This document shows, one piece after another, positions 56,553 through 64,000 of a stretch of 64,000 bases of DNA. The position numbers and the translations under genes are program-made. Position 1 is the first letter of the stretch. The number at the start of each line of letters is the position of its first letter. The notes under the pieces were generated by a model. That model was given only the letters and a program-made list of their open reading frames with translations, did not search any database and had not been told where the DNA came from. Source of the stretch: Thermoplasmata archaeon (lineage in GTDB: Archaea > Thermoplasmatota > Thermoplasmata > Lutacidiplasmatales > UBA184); NCBI GenBank assembly GCA_030037395.1, contig JASHRJ010000036.1, positions 25,690 to 89,689 on the forward strand, read 5' to 3'.

Positions 56553-57650
56553 CTAGGTCTTGCGGGGCCGGGCCCGCGGCGCCTTCGACCGCGGGGCGCG
56601 GGCGGAGGCGCGGACCGGCCGGGCCCGGGGGAAGGCAAGGTTGCCGTCGTCGTGCCCGGGCGGCAGGAACGTCGCGTCCGCGAGGAGGCGGACGGCCGCC
56701 TCCCCGCGGGGGGTCAGCGCGTACGTCTGCCCGTCGTGCCGTACGAGGCCGGCGTCGGTGAGGCGCCGGAGGTGGAACGCCATCTTCGGGGAGTCGTCGA
56801 GCTCTGCGGCGGCCATCGCGTCGCCGAACGTTCCCGGCGCCTCCCCGAACCGCTGCAGCGCCCGACGGCGGATCGGGTTCGCCAGCGCCTCGAGCGTGTC
56901 GTGGGTCTCGGCCGCGGCGACCGCCGCGCCGAGGGCGACCGCGGCGCTCGGGCCCACGCGCCGGGGGTTGAATCCCACCCGGAGGGGACCGTGGCCGACA
57001 AGCGTCGCCCGCATCCGGTCGAGCGCGGCGACGACGTCTTCGAGTCGGTGGTGCTCGAGCAGGCGCTCGATCCCGGCCACGACGATCGCTGCGTTCGGGT
57101 GCTCGGCGACGAACTGCTCCGTCGCCTCGGTGAGGGCGACCGGGCCGCTCGGATCGAGGGGGATCCCCCTGAGGTGCGGAACGTCGGCGGGGGCCTCCTC
57201 GCCGACGAACAGGACCTCGTGCAGACCGTCGCGCGCGAGCGCCCGCGCCTCGGCTACCGGGTCCCGCCGCGCCTCCTTCGGCGACTCGAACTCGTGCTCC
57301 TGAGCCGCGAGTCGGAGCGTCTCGCGGAGCTGCTCGATGCGGAACGGCTTTCGGACGTAGTCGAACGCTCCGGTCTTCATCGCGTCGAGCGCCGTCTCGA
57401 CGCTCGCGTAGCCCGTGACGACCACGACCAAGGTCCGGGGCCACCGCGCCCGGACCTCGCGGAGAAGCTCTAGGCCGCCTTGGCGGGGCATCTTGAGGTC
57501 GGTAAGGACCAGATCGAACCCGTCGTGGGAGAGGGCTTCCAGCGCCCTCCCCACCGAGGGGGCGACCAGGACCGTGTGGCCCTCGTCCGACAGGAGCTCG
57601 GCGAGCTCCTCGCGGAAGATCGCGTCGTCGTCGACCACGAGAAGTCGCAC
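56553..57650 (-). CDS. response regulator: REC domain + central domain + C-terminal ArsR-like winged HTH
   Basis: The receiver reads MRLLVVDDDAIFRE...DLVLTDLKMP. The C-terminal wHTH reads LANPIRRRALQRF...MAFHLRRLTDAGLV. Confidence 0.82.
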   Translation of the reverse strand: MRLLVVDDDAIFREELAELLSDEGHTVLVAPSVGRALEALSHDGFDLVLTDLKMPRQGGLELLREVRARWPRTLVVVVTGYASVETALDAMKTGAFDYVRKPFRIEQLRETLRLAAQEHEFESPKEARRDPVAEARALARDGLHEVLFVGEEAPADVPHLRGIPLDPSGPVALTEATEQFVAEHPNAAIVVAGIERLLEHHRLEDVVAALDRMRATLVGHGPLRVGFNPRRVGPSAAVALGAAVAAAETHDTLEALANPIRRRALQRFGEAPGTFGDAMAAAELDDSPKMAFHLRRLTDAGLVRHDGQTYALTPRGEAAVRLLADATFLPPGHDDGNLAFPRARPVRASARAPRSKAPRARPRKT

Positions 57651-57674
57651 GCCGGCGCATCCGGCCCCGGCCAG

Positions 57675-59189
57675 TTAGCCTTTTCCGGACGGCGGCCGAC
57701 CGGCCGTCGGCCCGCGGGCGCCGGCCCCCCGGGCGGGGTGCGGCGTTCGGATCGGCAGCGAGAGCAGGAACCCGGCGCCCGCGCCCGGGACGTTGCGGGC
57801 GGTGATCGAGCCGTGGTGCGATTGGACGATCCCGTGGCAGATCGCCAGACCCAGGCCGGTCCCGACCCCTTCCGGCTTGGTCGTGAAGAACGGCTCGAAG
57901 ACATGCGATAGCGCGTCGAGCGGGATGCCGGGACCGCTGTCTACGATGTCGACCTCCGCCCGCTCCCCGTGCCGGCGCAGCGAGACCCGGATAGTTCCCC
58001 GTCCGGCCATGGCATCGTAGGCGTTGTTGAGGATGTTCGTGAACACCTGGATGAGCTGCCCCCGGTCGGCGGTCACCGGAACGGGATCGTCGGGGTACAC
58101 CTCGACGATCTCGACATCGGCGGACTGCTTCCCCCGCAGGAAGCCGACCGCCTCGCGCAGAGGGCTCGCGAGATCGAGGTCCCCGGCGCGAGGCTCCTCC
58201 CGGCGCGCGAAGTCGAGCAGCCCGCGGACGATGCGCGCCGCGACCTCGATCTGGTCGCTCAGGGTGTCGGCCCGGGCGATCACCCACGGGTCGCGGCTCC
58301 GCCGCCGAAGGCTCTCGGCGACGAGCATGAGGTTCGCGAGCGGCGTGTTGATCTCGTGCGCCACGCCCGCGGCGAGCTGGCCCACCGAGGCGAGCTTGTC
58401 CGAGTGGGCCGCGCGCAGCTCCCAGGCGCGTTGCTCGGACAGATCGACGGCGACGCCCAGGTAGTGCGTGACCTCCCCTTCGAGGGTCCGGATCGCGGTG
58501 ATGCTCAGGAGGACCGGCCGCTCCCGCCCGCTGCGGTCGCGGTTCAGGATCTCCCCGGACCAGAAGCCCCGCAGGGGGTCCTTCAGGTCGGCCCACATCT
58601 TCTGGTACAGTTCGGGGGGGGTGTGCCGGCTCCGGACCAGGTTCGGCTTCCGGCCGACGCATTCCGCGCGAGAGTAGCCGTAGACCCGCTCGTAGGCGGG
58701 ATTCACGTCGAGCATCGTGCCGTCGGCGTCGGTCAGCTGCATCGGGTTGGTCGAGGTACGGAACGCCTCGTGGAAGAGGCGGGCCCGGCGCTCCTCGACC
58801 ACCCGGTCGGTCACCTCCTCCACGACGAGCATGGCTCCGCCCGGCGGGCCGGTCCGCTTTCCGACCGCCCGAACCTTCAGGTCGAGGTAGACGCCTCCGA
58901 CCTCCCGGCGATAGAAGGCCCGTACGGCGCGGAAGTCGGCCGGCGCACCGCTCCGCAGGGCCTCGTCCACCGCGGCCCGGACCGCCGGCGACCAGGTCCC
59001 CTCAACCTCGGTGATCGCATGGAAGTCCGCGCCGACGAGCCCTTCTCCACGTCCGGTGATCCGTCGGTAAGCGGCGTTCGCCCAGGCGATGGTCCCCGGA
59101 CGGACGACCAACGCGACCCCTACGGGGAGCTCCTCGAGCAATCGCGCCGGCTCGGCGGGATCCAGCTCCACGGGGCTGCGTCGGGGCAT
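57675..59189 (-). CDS. sensor histidine kinase with two PAS domains (soluble)
   Basis: The H-box is VAHEINTPLANL. The ATPase N/G1/G2 motifs are NILNNAYDA...DSGPGI...GVGTGLGLAI. Two PAS repeats precede them. Confidence 0.88.
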   Translation of the reverse strand: MPRRSPVELDPAEPARLLEELPVGVALVVRPGTIAWANAAYRRITGRGEGLVGADFHAITEVEGTWSPAVRAAVDEALRSGAPADFRAVRAFYRREVGGVYLDLKVRAVGKRTGPPGGAMLVVEEVTDRVVEERRARLFHEAFRTSTNPMQLTDADGTMLDVNPAYERVYGYSRAECVGRKPNLVRSRHTPPELYQKMWADLKDPLRGFWSGEILNRDRSGRERPVLLSITAIRTLEGEVTHYLGVAVDLSEQRAWELRAAHSDKLASVGQLAAGVAHEINTPLANLMLVAESLRRRSRDPWVIARADTLSDQIEVAARIVRGLLDFARREEPRAGDLDLASPLREAVGFLRGKQSADVEIVEVYPDDPVPVTADRGQLIQVFTNILNNAYDAMAGRGTIRVSLRRHGERAEVDIVDSGPGIPLDALSHVFEPFFTTKPEGVGTGLGLAICHGIVQSHHGSITARNVPGAGAGFLLSLPIRTPHPARGAGARGPTAGRPPSGKG

Positions 59190-59308
59190 GGGCGACGGAG
59201 GAGACCGCGCGGGATTATCTCCCGTTCGTGGCGGGCCGGGAACGCGGACGGGGCGTCAACGGCACCTGACGGGGGGGCTATCGGCCCTGCCCCGCGTCGG
59301 GCCGCCGC

Positions 59309-59758
59309 ATGCCCGTCGGGACCTCCGTGCTCGTGGTGGCGGAGACGGCGAGCCTCGGACAAGCGATCGCCGATCTCCTCGCCTCGGTCGACGTGCCGAA
59401 CGAGGTCGTGCACGACGTGGAGGGCGCAGGGGTCCCGGGCTCGATCGGCGACCGGTTCCCGGTGATCGTGGTGGCCAGCCGCGGCTACCTCTGTCCGACG
59501 GGGAGGCGCTGGAGGCGGGGAGACCTCCCCGGCACCTCGCTGGTGGTGGTAGGCTCCCGCGACCCCGCGCTGGAGGCGGAACCGGACCTCCGGCTCATTC
59601 CCCTGCCGCTCGAGCCCCCGCAGCTCCTCGACACCATCCAGGAACTCATCTCCGCCGCCGGCAGCTCCCCGGGGTCGCGCCCGACGGCGACCCGGTCGCC
59701 GACCGAGCCGTACGCCGGTCGGCGCGGCTCGTCGCGGGACGCCGCCTTCCGCGCGTAG
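59309..59758 (+). CDS. hypothetical protein, possible degenerate receiver-like domain
   Basis: The alternating beta-alpha pattern VLVVAETASLGQAIADLL...VIVVASRG is REC-like, but the conserved Asp pair is absent. Confidence 0.35.
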   Translation: MPVGTSVLVVAETASLGQAIADLLASVDVPNEVVHDVEGAGVPGSIGDRFPVIVVASRGYLCPTGRRWRRGDLPGTSLVVVGSRDPALEAEPDLRLIPLPLEPPQLLDTIQELISAAGSSPGSRPTATRSPTEPYAGRRGSSRDAAFRA

Positions 59759-59790
59759 GCCGGCGGGGGGCCGTTCCCCCGCGGCTAGTG

Positions 59791-59821
59791 TTACGAATTG
59801 TGAAAACAGCATAACGTTATG
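59791..59821 (+). promoter_or_regulatory. AT-rich promoter region with a 12-nt perfect palindrome CATAACGTTATG upstream of the Ni transporter gene
   Basis: ttacgaattgtgaaaacagcataacgttatg is the only AT-rich stretch between 59190 and 59855. The palindrome at 59810-59821 is centred about 40 nt upstream of the ATG. Confidence 0.45.
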
Positions 59822-59855
59822 AAGGGAGCGCCGGTCGCCCCCGGGTTCTCCAGCC

Positions 59856-60995
59856 ATGACGATCGGGTCGAGCCCCGTCCGAACCTCTCCCGAGTCGCCC
59901 GGCGTGTTCCATCCCCGGGAGAGGGCCCTGATGGTCGCGATCTACACGGCGATCCTCGGGGCGACGGTGGCGGGCTTTGCGGCCGTCGGGCTCATCGCCC
60001 GGACGTACCCGGTGTTCATCGGACTGGGGGCGCTCTCCTACGTGCTCGGCCTCCGGCACGGGGTCGACGCCGACCACATCTCGGCGATCGACAACACCAC
60101 GCGCAAGCTGCTCCAACAGGAGAAGCGGCCCCTTACGGTCGGGACCTGGTTCTCGCTCGGCCACTCGACGATCGTGGTCGCGCTCATCGTTGCGCTGGTG
60201 TTCGCGGTCGATGCGATCTCCGGCCTGATCCCCGCGATCGCCGCGGTCGGAACGATCGTCGGGACCCTCGTCTCGGGCGCGTTCCTGTACCTGATCGGCG
60301 TGATCAACCTGATCATCGCCCTCGAGGTGTACCGGATCTTCCGCGAGCTGCGCGCCGGCCGTCTCGACGCCCAAGGCCTCGAGGAGAACCTCTCCAAGCG
60401 GGGGTTCATGAACCGGTACTTCGGCGGGCTGTTCCGGCTGGTGAACGAGCCGTGGCAGATCTATCCCATCGGCGTCCTGTTCGGCCTCGGTTTCGATACC
60501 GCGACCGAGGTGGCGATCATCGCCCTGACGCTCAAGTTCGGCACGGGCTCCGGCGCGGTCCCGATCTGGATGGTGCTGGTCCTGCCGTTCCTGTTCACGT
60601 GCGGCATGGTGCTGACCGACACCACCGACGGGATCACGATGCGCTTCGCCTACGGCTGGGCTTTCCTGAAGCCGATCCGTAAGGTCTACTACAACCTCAC
60701 GATCACCGTCATCTCGGTGCTCGTCGCCTTCGCGGTGGGCGGGCTCGAGACGTTGGCCGTCATCGGCACCGAGCTGAACCTGAACGGCGGGATCTGGTCG
60801 TTCCTCAACACCGTGACCGGCGAGACCGCCTGGGAGTACCTCGGGTTCGTGATCATCGGCATCTTCGTCGTTTCGTGGGGCGTCGCGATCGTCATCTACC
60901 GCTACAAGCGGTACGAGGAGCTCGGCTTCGGTCCCGGGCCCCCCGGGGCGGCCGACCCGGGCGGGACCCCGAGCTCGGCCGCGCCCGAGCCGTAA
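59856..60995 (+). CDS. hoxN: NiCoT (HoxN/HupN/NixA) nickel/cobalt transporter
   Basis: The signature GLRHGVDADHISAIDNTTRK (HxxxxDH) is present, as is FSLGHSTIVV. Eight TM helices. Confidence 0.9.
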   Translation: MTIGSSPVRTSPESPGVFHPRERALMVAIYTAILGATVAGFAAVGLIARTYPVFIGLGALSYVLGLRHGVDADHISAIDNTTRKLLQQEKRPLTVGTWFSLGHSTIVVALIVALVFAVDAISGLIPAIAAVGTIVGTLVSGAFLYLIGVINLIIALEVYRIFRELRAGRLDAQGLEENLSKRGFMNRYFGGLFRLVNEPWQIYPIGVLFGLGFDTATEVAIIALTLKFGTGSGAVPIWMVLVLPFLFTCGMVLTDTTDGITMRFAYGWAFLKPIRKVYYNLTITVISVLVAFAVGGLETLAVIGTELNLNGGIWSFLNTVTGETAWEYLGFVIIGIFVVSWGVAIVIYRYKRYEELGFGPGPPGAADPGGTPSSAAPEP

Positions 60996-61049
60996 CGTTG
61001 GCGCTTGCGCCCCGCCGCGCGCGGCACGAGCCCGATCGACCGGCGCCGA

Positions 61050-61832
61050 CTACGGCGTGGCCCCCGGCCTCCGCGAGGCGAACCCGGAGCCGAGGAGCCC
61101 TTGGAGGAGCTCCGTGTGCTTCCGCTCGTCCGCTTCCATGCTCTCGATCAGGAGCGCCATCGTGCCGTCCAAGCGCCCGAGCAGGGCCGGGTCGTCGCCG
61201 GTTTCGGCGTCCTGCTCCGCCTTGACGAGCGCCTCGACCTCCCGGCGGGAGATGCCCGAGGCGTGCGCGCGGACGACCCCACGGTCTAGGTAGGTCGCCA
61301 GCGAGGCCACGATCTCGGCATGCCGAAGGCTGTCGGAGGCGATCTGACGGAAGATCGCCCGCGTCAGCTCGTCACGCGCCTTCTGCGCGAGGCGCATGCA
61401 GCGCGTCACCGCGGCCTGCTCCGTCCTCACGCGCCGACGCATCCACTTCGACATCTCGCGGACCGCCGCCGACCGCTCGGGGGCGATCGCGGGCACCGGG
61501 GAGGCGCCGGGCGAGGAGCCCCGGTCGAGGCTGTCCGCGAGAGATCCTGCGCCCTCCAACATGGCCTGCACGCGGCCCCGCGAGTCCCCCGCCGGGTCGG
61601 CCAGGCGTTCGGCAACCGTGCGGGCTACGCGGCGCGCCTCCGGGCGTGAGGCCGTAGCGAGGAACGGCCCGCCGAGCCGTCGGCCCGAGAGGTACTGCGA
61701 GACCGCGGACGGCGCCACCCCCAGGAGCTCGGCGGCTCGGCGGGCCGAGATGCCGAGCTCCTCGACCAGCTCCCGCGCGACCAGCGCCTGGAGCAACTGC
61801 ACCCACGAGGCCGGAGAGTTTCGCAGCGGCAT
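61050..61832 (-). CDS. transcriptional regulator: N-terminal HTH (XRE-like) + C-terminal ferritin/rubrerythrin-like helical domain
   Basis: The HTH is LGISARRAAELLGVAPSAVSQYLSG. The C-terminus has ExxH-type pairs (DSLRHAE...EADERKHTE). A TATA box (gagataaagc) lies at 61857-61866. Confidence 0.6.
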   Translation of the reverse strand: MPLRNSPASWVQLLQALVARELVEELGISARRAAELLGVAPSAVSQYLSGRRLGGPFLATASRPEARRVARTVAERLADPAGDSRGRVQAMLEGAGSLADSLDRGSSPGASPVPAIAPERSAAVREMSKWMRRRVRTEQAAVTRCMRLAQKARDELTRAIFRQIASDSLRHAEIVASLATYLDRGVVRAHASGISRREVEALVKAEQDAETGDDPALLGRLDGTMALLIESMEADERKHTELLQGLLGSGFASRRPGATP

Positions 61833-61911
61833 GTGTTCTCTATGGGAACCCGCGGTGAGATAAAGCCTTCACGATGTGAACTATGCTGTAGCGCCGTCAC
61901 GAACACAAGCG

Positions 61912-61934
61912 CCATATACTCACCTCAAGGTGAG
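61912..61934 (+). promoter_or_regulatory. TATA box (ccatatact) followed by an inverted repeat CTCACCT-ca-AGGTGAG; putative operator
   Basis: Lies in the 190-nt divergent intergenic region. The palindrome at 61919-61934 directly abuts the TATA box, the usual archaeal repressor position. Confidence 0.45.
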
Positions 61935-62022
61935 GGAACTCGGACCGCGCGAACATGACCGTTGTGCGAGGACCCCGGGAAATTCTGCCCCGATCGGAGC
62001 GCGACGCGAGGGGGAGGCTCCG

Positions 62023-62832
62023 GTGAGCGACTTCTGGATCTTCATGGCGTTGACCGCCGCGATGGGGTTGTCGATCTTCCTCTCGCTTCCGATTGTCTAC
62101 AGCAAGCGCGCCCAGGGGCGATGGGCGGTCGCGCTGAACGCGGTCGCGATCGGCATCCTGGTCTTCCTCCTGGCGGACATCTTCTCGGACGTCGCGCCGA
62201 TCCTCTACCCGAGCGGCTACGTCGCCGTGGCCAGCTACTCGGTTGCCTTCGGCTGTGCCTTCGTGGTGGCCTTCCTGGGCCTGTACGCCGTCGACAACCT
62301 GCCTCGGAGCGGCCCGCGCGCCCTCGCCGGGGGCGACCCGGCGCTCCCCGCTCCCCCGGTCCCGGACTCCGGCCCGCGCACCACGGCGCTGATCATCGCG
62401 CTCGGGATCGGCCTGCAGAACCTCACCGAGGGCCTGGTCTTTGGTGTCAATTGGACCGCCGGGGCGCTGGGGATCCTCGCGGTCGTCTTCTTCGGCTTCT
62501 TCCTCCAGAACGTCACCGAGGGGTTCCCGATCGCCTCGCCGTTCCTCGGAACCCGGGCCAAGCGAAGCGTCACCCTGATGGTCGGCCTGTTCCTCGTCGG
62601 TGGGCTCCCGACCCTCATCGGGGGCGCGATCGGCTACTACTGGAGCAACGCGATGTTCATCACGATCTTCGACGCGCTGGCCATCGGCGCGATCGCCTAC
62701 GTCATCCTGCCGATGCTCCGGGTCGCGTTCCGGCCGCTCGAGTCGCGCGAGGCATCGCTCGCCCGGAACCAGCTCGTCTACCTGGGCGTGATGGTCGGCT
62801 TCGCGCTCGGGTTCGCGGTCAACGCAGTCTAA
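62023..62832 (+). CDS. ZIP-family metal (Zn/Fe) transporter, ZupT-like
   Basis: GIGLQNLTEGLVFG matches the ZIP TM4/5 metal-binding motif. Eight TM helices. GTG start with GGGGGAGG 6 nt upstream. Confidence 0.8.
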   Translation: MSDFWIFMALTAAMGLSIFLSLPIVYSKRAQGRWAVALNAVAIGILVFLLADIFSDVAPILYPSGYVAVASYSVAFGCAFVVAFLGLYAVDNLPRSGPRALAGGDPALPAPPVPDSGPRTTALIIALGIGLQNLTEGLVFGVNWTAGALGILAVVFFGFFLQNVTEGFPIASPFLGTRAKRSVTLMVGLFLVGGLPTLIGGAIGYYWSNAMFITIFDALAIGAIAYVILPMLRVAFRPLESREASLARNQLVYLGVMVGFALGFAVNAV

Positions 62833-63003
62833 CGTGCCGAGGGCGGGCCGCCCTGGCGGCCCCGCCGTCCGGCCGCGGCTCCGCTGGAGGGTTTATCTGG
62901 CAGGAGGCCCGACGCCCACCCTCGTGAGCTGTCGGCACCGGCTCGGCTCCGGGCGTTCTCGCGCCGCCGGCCCGCGGGATACGGCCGTAGCCCGGGCGGG
63001 CCG

Positions 63004-64000
63004 ATGACGGTCCCGCTCTGCTCCGGTTGCGACTCCGGCGACATCGCCTGGGTGATCGCCGCCACCGCGCTCGTGATGATCATGACCCCCGCGCTCGGCT
63101 TCTTCTACGGGGGGCTGGTGCGGCAGAAGAACCTGGTCGCCACGATCGTCCAGTGCCTGATGATCTTCTCGGTCGTCAGCCTGATCTGGGCGCTCTGGGG
63201 CTACTCGCTGACGTTCGGCCCGGCGGTCCACGGACTGATCGGAGGGCTCGCGAACGTCGGTCTCCTGAACGTCGGGGCCGCCCCCAACCCCGCGTATTCG
63301 AGCGCGATCCCGGCGCTGCTCTACTTCGCCTTTCAGCTCAAGTTCGCCGCGATCACGCCGGCGCTCATCATCGGCGCGTTCGCCGGCCGTGTGCGGCTCA
63401 AGGGCCTCCTGATCTTCATCGTCCTCTGGACCAGCCTCATCTACGTGCCGATCGCCATGTGGATCTGGAACCCCGGCGGCTGGCTCCACCAGCTCGGGGT
63501 CGTCGACTTCGCCGGCGGCCTGGTCGTTCACACCTCCGCCGGGGTCTCGGCGATCGCCGCGGCGCTCGTCATCGGGCGCGGCCAGGAGTTCGGCCGGGAG
63601 AGCCGGCCGAACAACGTGCCGTACGTGATCCTCGGCACGGCGATCCTCTGGTTCGGTTGGTTCGGCTTCAACGCCGGCAGCGCGCTCGCCGCCAACCAGG
63701 TCGCCGTGGTCGCGCTGGTGAACACCAACCTCGCCGCCGCCGCGGCCGGCGTCACCTGGATGCTCGTCGACTGGATCGGAAAGGGCCGGCCGTCGGCGGT
63801 CGGGATGGCGGTGGGGGCGGTCTGTGGCCTTGCGGCGGTGACCCCGGCCTCCGGGTTCGTCAGCCCGAGCGCCGCGATCGTGATCGGCCTGGTCGCCGGG
63901 GTCTTCTGCAACCGGGTCGCCAACTGGAGAGCCCGGACGAGGCTCGACGACTCCCTGGACGTGTTCGCCTGCCACGGGGCGGGCGGGATGTGGGGGACGC
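63004..64000 (+). CDS. amt: ammonium transporter Amt (5' part; continues beyond window)
   Basis: Contains FFYGGLVRQKN and the AmtB signature VDFAGGLVVHTSAGVSAIAAALVIG. No stop codon is reached within the window. Confidence 0.9.
   Translation, partial: MTVPLCSGCDSGDIAWVIAATALVMIMTPALGFFYGGLVRQKNLVATIVQCLMIFSVVSLIWALWGYSLTFGPAVHGLIGGLANVGLLNVGAAPNPAYSSAIPALLYFAFQLKFAAITPALIIGAFAGRVRLKGLLIFIVLWTSLIYVPIAMWIWNPGGWLHQLGVVDFAGGLVVHTSAGVSAIAAALVIGRGQEFGRESRPNNVPYVILGTAILWFGWFGFNAGSALAANQVAVVALVNTNLAAAAAGVTWMLVDWIGKGRPSAVGMAVGAVCGLAAVTPASGFVSPSAAIVIGLVAGVFCNRVANWRARTRLDDSLDVFACHGAGGMWGT

Noticed and set aside
56494-58662. 722-aa minus ORF overlapping the response regulator and kinase genes
   Set aside because: It is in a different frame from two genes with unambiguous REC/HisKA/HATPase motifs, and its composition is junk.
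1-64000. CRISPR arrays, IS elements, integrases
   Set aside because: No regularly spaced direct repeats, no transposase or integrase-like translations, and no terminal inverted repeats were seen.

Overview
This is a 64 kb chromosomal segment from a very high-GC (~70%) archaeon. The archaeal assignment rests on a TATA-binding protein, Orc1/Cdc6, RNase P Rpp21, a class I CCA enzyme, archaeal-type GluRS, Tsr3, leaderless genes with TATA boxes about 25-35 nt upstream, and an intron-containing tRNA. I call about 70 genes. Most of the long six-frame ORFs in the track are GC-driven artefacts lying antisense to real genes, and I discarded them.

Gene content:
- Information processing: a TBP-TatD-Tmk-Orc1/Cdc6 operon chained by ATGA overlaps, plus LipA, CCA, Rpp21, GluRS, Tsr3, a collar-less RFC-like ATPase, and three tRNAs (Leu-CAA, Ala-CGC, Gln-CUG).
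- Transporters: two MFS, CDF, ClC, a NitT/TauT-type ABC transporter, SemiSWEET, two EamA, a NiCoT nickel transporter, ZIP and Amt.
- Metabolism: pyruvate:ferredoxin oxidoreductase (porGD-porA-porB), class I aldolase, thiolase, a ThiI-like PP-loop protein, and several VOC/glyoxalase proteins.

The most system-like region is an ~11 kb minus-strand locus (50.7-59.2 kb). It runs PAS histidine kinase, then a REC/wHTH response regulator, then a group-3b [NiFe] sulfhydrogenase (hydB, a cyclic-nucleotide-binding protein, hydG, hydD, hydA), then the maturation protease, a HypA that lacks its zinc finger, and HypC. A NiCoT Ni transporter and a regulator/ZIP pair with a palindromic operator flank it.

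Other observations:
- A paralogous family of membrane proteins with an N-terminal zinc ribbon.
- tRNA-Gln(CUG) with a 34-nt non-canonical intron in the T-arm.
- A lower-GC islet next to tRNA-Leu that carries a frameshifted arsC/LMW-PTP gene.

All calls come from reading the sequence and the ORF translations. No database search was run. Coordinates were derived by hand and may be off by one in places.
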